This document shows, one piece after another, positions 31,301 to 40,300 of a stretch of 64,000 nucleotides of DNA (positions within the stretch are counted from its first letter, which is position 1; each line of letters opens with the position of its first letter). Source of the stretch: a virus; IMG/VR virus record IMGVR_UViG_3300020442_003949, positions 27,013 through 91,012 of that record, one strand, 5' to 3'. The notes beneath the pieces were generated by a model. The model was not told the origin of the DNA. It searched no databases and saw only the letters and a list, made by a program, of their open reading frames with translations. The position numbers and the translations under genes are program-made.

Positions 31301-34300
31301 ATCATAATACGATTTATAAGTGATATTTTGGTCAGCTGATCCAGGAATTTTTCCTTGTAACGGATCAATATAATCTAGATTGTATAAAAACTCATTATTC
31401 TTTTTATTGTAAACTAGAATTTTTTTAATTTTATTCAAATCCGGTACAAATTTTGGTTTATTATATTCTATCCATAACTCGTTAACATCTTTTCTAAATT
31501 CTACAATCTTACCAATTTTAATATCACTTGATTCTATTGTTTTTGCTGTAGGTAAATTAACATATAAAGAATTTCCACTTGAATTGAAATTTATTCCTAT
31601 TTCATACACCTTTGAATCTATATTTTCATATGAAAATTTTTCTCTATAAATAAACTGATCATACAAATTATAATATACATAAATTTCTCCAACATTTACA
31701 TTTGTATATTTAAATGTGGTAAAATTATTATCAAATGTTGTTAAAATATTGTCAAATGTTGTTTGCTGAGTAAATTTTCCATTGTATGCTGTAATAAAAA
31801 GTATATTGTTATGTAACAACACATTATACCCAAATTTTTGCAGTGTGACTGATTTAGGACTAGTAATTGTTTGATCTAATTCAAATTTTTGATTTTTTAA
31901 CTTGTATACGTATACGCTACCGTCATCAAAATTATTATTATCATCAAGAGACAGTCCTACAACAAAGATTGATCCGTCATCGTTAATTGACAATCTATCT
32001 GCAAAATTTGTGTTTGCTTTAGGTGCAACAATATTTTGCATCCATCTATAAAATCCATCCTGTAATCTATAAACTGCTATAGAATTCGTAATATCTGTAT
32101 TATATTTCACTTGAACAATTAAAACTTCCCCATCTGCACTGACAGCAAATGTTCTTGCAAAATCATACATGCCATCAGCAGGAATTGTGCTTATGTCTGC
32201 ACTATCAAAAGTAACTAAAAAATCATTCATGTTATTTGGTATACATCCACTATAATCTATTAGTTGATTTATTAATTGCCAAAAATTATTATTTGCTGGA
32301 GATATTCCTTCTTGTAAATTTGTCCTTGCAACATAAAAACTGTTTTCAAAATACACTATATCATTTGTAAAATAAATTACAGATTCGTTATAAGGTCCAC
32401 GATATTTTTTATTCCTTGCTAAATCCCAATTATATTGCAAACCGTCTATTTCTCCAAATTTATAAAAATACATTTTACCAGGATATGTTTCGGAATTAGT
32501 TTCATCTGCAGCTAAAAAATAACCTGTATATATATTATTATTTTGCCTTACTTGCACTTGCTGTCCAAAATAATGATTATTTCTACTATCAGGACTTACT
32601 AACGTCTTTTGATGCAGATAATTTGTCCCAAATTTCTCAAAGACATAAACACTACCTTCATTGTTATATAAACTAGGAATTCCTGTTGTATCTACAGGAA
32701 TAGAGAATAGTTCTTGCCAAGATACACTTGTATTCGACGGAATATTAGGTAATTTTGATATTCCTTGCACCTGCTCTGTTGTGTACACCCAATATTCTTC
32801 ACCTATAATTTCTTTTTGTTGTAATCCAGTTTCTTGACTTATAACAATTGGCAAATTTCCAAATGTTTCGAATATTGCAAGTTTGCCTACACTTGTTAAT
32901 GTATCATTTGCTAAATTTACTTGTTGAGATACTCCAAATTCCCTCACTGCTGCATATATATTTTCTCTACCAAAATAATCATTTTGATTTGCAATTGGTA
33001 ACATTTCTAGTAATGAATCATTTTGACTCCATTCGCCTTGTACATTATCTACATAAACAGTTACATTATTATTTGTATTTCTTTGAACATACATGACTTC
33101 TGCAGTGTTTGTTGTTCCTACTTCTCTAATAATTTGACCTTGCCCAGAACCATTTACAACTAGGTTACCTGTTCCATCTTCTTCATATTTTGCAACTAGT
33201 AGATAAGGTAATCCTTCTGCAAACCTATTTTCATTATAGATAATGTAACCATCCCACAGATTCCAAATTGTTTTTTGTTCACTGCCTTCCATTAAATCAT
33301 CTGTACTAAAACCTATTGATTGTATCGAAGTATATATATTTTCTACTACATTATCTACAGGCCTTGCAAAAATTTCTCCACTTATGCTTCCTATTAATTC
33401 GTCTAGGAAATTAAATTCATTCCCATCATAATTTTTACTATAGTATTGAATTTGAATTTCATAGATAGGATTTGTAATGTCTATGCTATCATCAGCAACT
33501 TTAACCGTATTAGAAAACACAACAGCACTTGCTTGCTCATTATTTCGCTGTTTTAAAGTTTCTCCTACGAATACTTCTGGCGGAAGAGAAAATCTTGTGT
33601 TTCGCACCCGTAGTATAGAAACTGTTTTTGCTAGCTTATTAAATTGTAGCTTGCACACATCTCCTTGATTAGAATAATCACTCATTTCTTTAGGCAACCG
33701 TAGCCCAAAATAACTTAAAGGGGCAGTTTTTGCGCTGTATACGCCTGCTGGACTGATGCTTGTGCCATTATAACTGAGCGACCTAATTAAACTTGGTTCA
33801 CCGCTTATTCCTTTATCTTCATATATAGTATCATTTAAAATATTATAATAAATCCTGTCTTTTACAGGATTATTTGTTGTTCTTATTTCACTAATTATTA
33901 AACCTTTTGCAGTATAATCAGTGTCTGCATACACGTAATATTCAGGAGTAGTAATTGCAATGTAACCTTCAAAATAATTATCATTGATAGTTTGTCTTAC
34001 AAATTGCCCAATTGTTGTAATACCTACTGACAGAATTCCTTGCTCTGCAAATTCTCCTGCAACATCAGCCAAATAGAGTATAAAACTATTAGAAGCTTCA
34101 GGTAAAGAATATAGATATACAACGGTCCCTAGAGCAGTTTCTGAAGATAAAACCTGTCCAATTTCGGGAGTAGCTGCTGCGTTATCTACCGTAACAATTT
34201 CTTGAAACTTAAAATCAATAGCATGGTCTTTACTAATAAATTCACTCCATAATTGATTATTATCTACAAATACTGTCTGATCGTTAAATGGCTCTGTAGG

Positions 34301-37300
34301 TAATAATTCTAATTGAGTTTGATTAGCATTGGTTAATTTATTCCAATACAAAGAAATAGAATTACCAGATTCTATTGCTTCATACAAGTCTTTAGATACA
34401 CGTACAAGTAATTGCGTAGTAGTGACAGGTGTTTCCTGTGCTTTATAAGACAACGGATAGTTGCCAGTAAGTATAATCAGAGGCTGTTCAGAATCCTCGT
34501 AAATTAAATTATTGTCAATTAAAAAATCTACTGTTGAAAAATATGGATCAACAACTGTAAACGGTTCATACTTATTGATATCGACAAGAGCTTGCCATGT
34601 AAGGCTGTTATATGTTACAATATCTCCTTGTGTATAGTCTACATCTTGGCTGTATTCACCTTTATTTCTAGTCATAATATTGCTAGCATTTGGTGCACCT
34701 ACTACCAAAATCCTACCATCTGCGGATAAATCTACACTACTGCCGAATTTTTTTGGATTCAAAGATTTGGCAAATTCTATAACTAAAGTAGAATTATTTG
34801 GTAATGCATCAGACCCGTTAAATATAATTTTATTTTCTGCAACATTAATTTCATAATAGATCTTTAAATCAGCAGATAATTCTTCGTACTCTTCAATAGG
34901 ATCAATCTTTATAGCATTTATATAAACAACTTGGATATTTTGCACATTATTCATTACCCTTGTTGCCCAATCCTCTGAACTATATCCTGTTGGCTCATCT
35001 AAACTAAATTCGGTCAAATTTGATGTGTTTAATTGAAACTGAATTGGAGATTCAGGAAGCAAAATTTTCAAAAGTGTCCATTTATTGCTTATACTAGGCC
35101 GAGAATACACGTAAACTTTACCATCTCCGTCGTCAGGTGCCCCAACTGCCATATAATTATTATTTTTGTTTACCGCTACTGATTTTGAAAAATTTGTAAA
35201 ATTATTATTAGCACTAACAACATTTTTTGTAAATTCGTAATTACTATAAGGTTGTAATACTCGCCATTCTCCATTACCGATATCATCTACCCAAAATTTG
35301 TTTTTTATAGAAGATTCAAAGCTATTAATAACATCAGTCAAACCATCTAAATTAGGTATCCTTACAGATTTTAAAACTGTAAAAAACCCTTCAAAAATAT
35401 CTGCAGTTTCTTTTTTAACTACATCTACAACCTCTTCTGCAGCACTTAACGTAATTTGCGAATGAAAAATATCTATAATTTCAAAAAATCCTTTTACAGA
35501 ACTTTTAACAAATTGTGTTTCTGCAGTTGAATCTTTAGCTGTATAAGATCTTCCTAAAATATTTTCTATACCAATAATTTCTCCTATTACTAAATCTTTT
35601 GGTATGCTTGCTAGCTCTAATATAATACTTGTTAAAGATCCTTCAATAGTTTTTATGTTTTTAATTTCTATATCATGCTTTACATATGAATATACATTCC
35701 ATGAGTCTCCTACTGAACCTATCCAAATTAAATCGTTAGAATTGTATTCTTCAATATTTTCATTTAATAAGTCTGCATATTGAACTAAGGTATGATTTAC
35801 ATCATTCACACTTACATACCCTGCATGATTGAACACTGTGCTTTTAGGTAAAAATGTAGGAAATATATCATTAGTAAAATTCTCATCTTTATTATAAATC
35901 TTGTAATCAGGTATTCTTAAAATTAAATCAGTTTCTTTTCCAGTTATATTATTAGTTAAAATGACAGGTTGTGGGTTAAGTTTAATTTTTGATTCATCTA
36001 TAACAACATCAAATTCTGCATAAGTTCGATAATGGCCATATATCCCTGTTCTTACTCCCCACTCTTCGTAAAATTCAAAACTGTCTTTATCTGCGCTTGA
36101 CAAAACATCAAATAACTTTGAAAAGGCATTTTTTGTACCTTTATCTTGAATGTATCCTTGATAAAATTTGTACTGACTAACTTCATTATTAATAATGTTT
36201 TCTAAATACTTCCTTTTTTGATATCCTATTAAATGTTGTGCTAATTTTTGTTGCTCAACATTTAAACTATCACTGTCTAAATCATAAAAATCTTTAAACT
36301 GATCAACATGATAATCAAAATTAGTATATAATTTAGATTCTGGAATATCTGTAATTTTTTTCCATATATTAAAATCAAAAATGTCAGATCCATTTATCTT
36401 TGATTTGGCAGAATAATAAAATTCTTTATATTTTACAACCTGCCCAGTGTAATAATCATTCCAAGCCTTCCATTCAGTTATTTCTGCTTTGTCATAAAAA
36501 AATCCTGGAATATTAAGAGATCCGTTCCAATTTGCTGTTTTATACCCTGCTATTCGTATTCTTTCTTGCCTATAACCCGGTTCTTGATCATAAATAACAT
36601 CGTTAAAAACTGTTGTGTTATCTATCAAAACTGCATGTTCTTTGTATATTAATGGAATTCTTATAAAATAAATACCTGCTGCTGTGTTTACAGTGTTAAT
36701 TTGAAAAATATTTGTAAAATCTCTATAAAATTTTAAATTATCTTTTGGTATGTACGTACCATCAGCTTTTAGAACACTATAACCTATTGAAGAATTTAAT
36801 GTATTGCCAACAAAAGCTTTTGTATTAGTGTACGTTATCTTATCTGCTCCTGGACTTAAAGTTATTAATGATCCTTTTTTCCAATTTTGTGTTACCCAAA
36901 ATAAAAATTGTTTTACCGAGAAAAGCCAATCTGCTACATCATATTGGTCTTCGACAAAATGATCAAATGTAAAACCTAAAGATTGTAAATATTGTCCATA
37001 TCCCAGTAAAAAATCAACTACGTCTTGATGCGTTTGAAAAACTGTGCCATAATCTAAAGTGCTTGGTATATGTTCAAATCTTTTACGGATAAAAGCTGTA
37101 GAACCACCTATTATTGGCAATTTGTCTAAAGAAGCAAATCTAGATTGATCAAAGGTATCTTGACTTCTATGCGTAATTTTTGCTCTATAGTACTGATTGT
37201 CTCCTACTTTTACAATGGTATCTTGACTATAGGTTTTATTAGGTTCCCAAACTACAAAACTTTCACTTACTCCACCTATATTGATAACAGTGTCTGCATC

Positions 37301-40300
37301 TCTTGGTATAGCTTTAAAATATGTAAATGAAGGCACTAAACTATCGTAACCTTTGATATAAAAACCATTTTCTTGCTTCTCAATTATTACACCACTGTAA
37401 ACAATTTCATCAATTGGAAAACTTGTAATTAATTTTATATCATAATTTTCGTTAGGAACAAAAACATTTCCTTCATTAAGCGGTGTCCTACTATCAAGGA
37501 TTAATTTTAGTTTACGTTTATCAGTAAATCCACCTAATTTAAAACTAATCCTATTCTTTATATTCTGTACAGATGTTTTGTAATTTTCAAATAAATCTGT
37601 AAAAATAGTGTTTTGATATTCAGTAATATAATTTATTAATCCACTTGTCGGCTGTGTTGGTCCAGGATAAACCAATTTGTCAAGTTGTAAATGATTAGTT
37701 ATGGCTTCGTAAATAATTTGATTATTCTTGCCTCTGACTTGTTGATTTCTGTCAAACCCTGTGCTGAAGGTATAAGCAGGTCTATTCAAAACAAAACTTT
37801 TTAGTAAAGAAAAAGGATATTCACTACTACGCCGCCATGCTGACTCTACAGGTCCGCCATCGCCAAATTTAAAATCACGCTTTACACTCTGCAAATCATA
37901 TGTTGATACAATTCCTGCAAGTGTAGGAGGCAACAATTCGCCGTGCTCGTCCACAGGAATAACAAGATTTAAACCTTTTCGAATAAATTTATTTTTAATT
38001 TTGAAGGTAGGTTGCCGTATAATACCATTTTCAATATCATTCCACATCAATTTATTGTTTTTTGTATAGGGTTTATCTCCGTACTGCCCTTTCCACCATT
38101 TAGGTTCGATTGTAAAACCTAACATTTCCCAAGGATGGGTATGTGGACGATCTGTATTAAATAAAAACTTGTAAAGTTGGCGCCACCAACCCGGAGAGCT
38201 TAATCCATTTTTTAAATATGTAGAACTGTAATTATATGTAAAAGCATTAAATCTATCAAAAAACTTATTTTCAGCATAATCTACATTTACTAATCTTGTC
38301 CAATCAAAAAAATCTTGAAACATAATTGTTGTAGTAGATTGAGCTGGAGTAACATTTGATTGATAATATTTTTGTTGTATAAGATCGATGTCAAATAAAT
38401 TTTCATCATAAGAAATTTTAATATTATTAAAAATCCTTTTTTCTAATTCTAATAACAACTGATCTCTATAATCTTTAAAAGCAGGTATTAAGCTACCATC
38501 ATGTCCTTGTATTACAACTTGGCCATTTTCATACTCAGTATATAAATTCGTATCTTGCTGCGCTTTATTACTGTGTGTTTTAGGAATAAAAAATGCTGTT
38601 GATAATCCATTAAATTTATTAACTGTAAATTCTCCTGTTCCTTCATTTTCAATATCTTTTTGAACTGCCTGTTCATAATCTAAATATACAGGATAAAACC
38701 AACCTAATTGATTATCTTCATTAGGTTCAAGTATTTTTTCCCCATAAATTTTATATGGTAACGTGCTATCTACAAATGACTTGTTCTGAACAGTTGTATC
38801 AATATACAGTTCCGGAATATACTTGGGATACAGACCTAACTTAGTAGGTGTAGGAGGTACAAAATTTTCTAAAGTGCTTTCATATTCATATATGTCTATT
38901 ACATCGTTTGGCTTCCTAAAACCTAATAAGCGTACAAATCCTTCCGCATTAAATTCATAATCTTTTTTATAAATTAATTGTATACCATTTCTGTATACCG
39001 AAACTGCTTTATATGACGGCACATCATTGTCAAAAACTTCACTAATTGCAAAGTATTCTTGATCTTTGTCAACAATAATATCTGAGTTAACCTTTGCTCC
39101 ACCTGTTGGAATCATATCACTGATTGCAAATGGCATGTCTGCATTTTTATCTTTATTAATGCTTTCCATTATTTTATCAAAATGCGTTTTAACTGGTCCA
39201 TCAAACCCTAAATTTGACGCTGTTTCTATAAAAAGTCTTTTGAATTTACTGTATTCAACCTTAGCAAATGTTATTGCTTTCTTAACATTTGCATTTTTAT
39301 CTAACAAGTGATAAGCATACAAATTGTACAATGAAGAATGTTTTAAAAACTTTTTTCCATATTGACTACTATTACCTAAGTCTCGCAAATTACTTGTGCC
39401 AGGATAAGTTCCTACAAAATCATTACTTTCTTCTACAATTGTAGAAACATGATCTATAATTTCTCCTAACGTAAAAGTTGAAATATTTTGATTTAATGGA
39501 TTTTTTTCTAAGTTACATGGAATTTCATAAAAACCATTCTCATTTTTAGGAAATGTGCTTCTTGTTTTAATCAATACACTTTTATTTTTTGCAATTATTT
39601 TACTAAATTTGAGATAATGATTTTGATTTACATCCGTTGTAATAATAAAATCATTATCTTTGCTTTGCAATTTATTATCTATATAAACTCTAATCCATAA
39701 ATTTTGTATAAACCTGTTATCATCATACATATCTAAAGGAAATATGTCTTGTCCTGCACTAATAAATTGCCTAAAAACTGGCTGTAATGCGCTACGAGAT
39801 TTAACCCACCCATTTATACAATCATACTCTTCTCTGTTTTTATAACGCCGTAAATAACTTATATCTGTTTTATAACTATAAACTGTATTATCATTATTAT
39901 AAGTAAAAGATTGGTTTAACAAATCAAAATTAAAAACAATATCTCCGCTATTTTTTATGTTTTGATATTGTAATGGAAAATTCAATTCATTATCATTGGC
40001 GCCATTTCCTACAGCATACGAAAATAATTTATTTCCACTAAATTGGCTATAACTGTATTTTACTGTATCATTTAGTGAAACATCATCATAATCAAATAAA
40101 TCAAACAAAGGTGCTTGATTTAATCCAATTTTATCCTGCGACTGCTTCCATGCATTACCTGTATAATGAAAATATTTTCCCCTATAATTGTTACCTTTTG
40201 TAATCAAAACACATTCATTATCAAGTGGAATACCATCATCTTCCTCAATTAAACTTATCTGAGTTGTATTCTTAAATGTTAAAAATTTTACTTTAAAAAT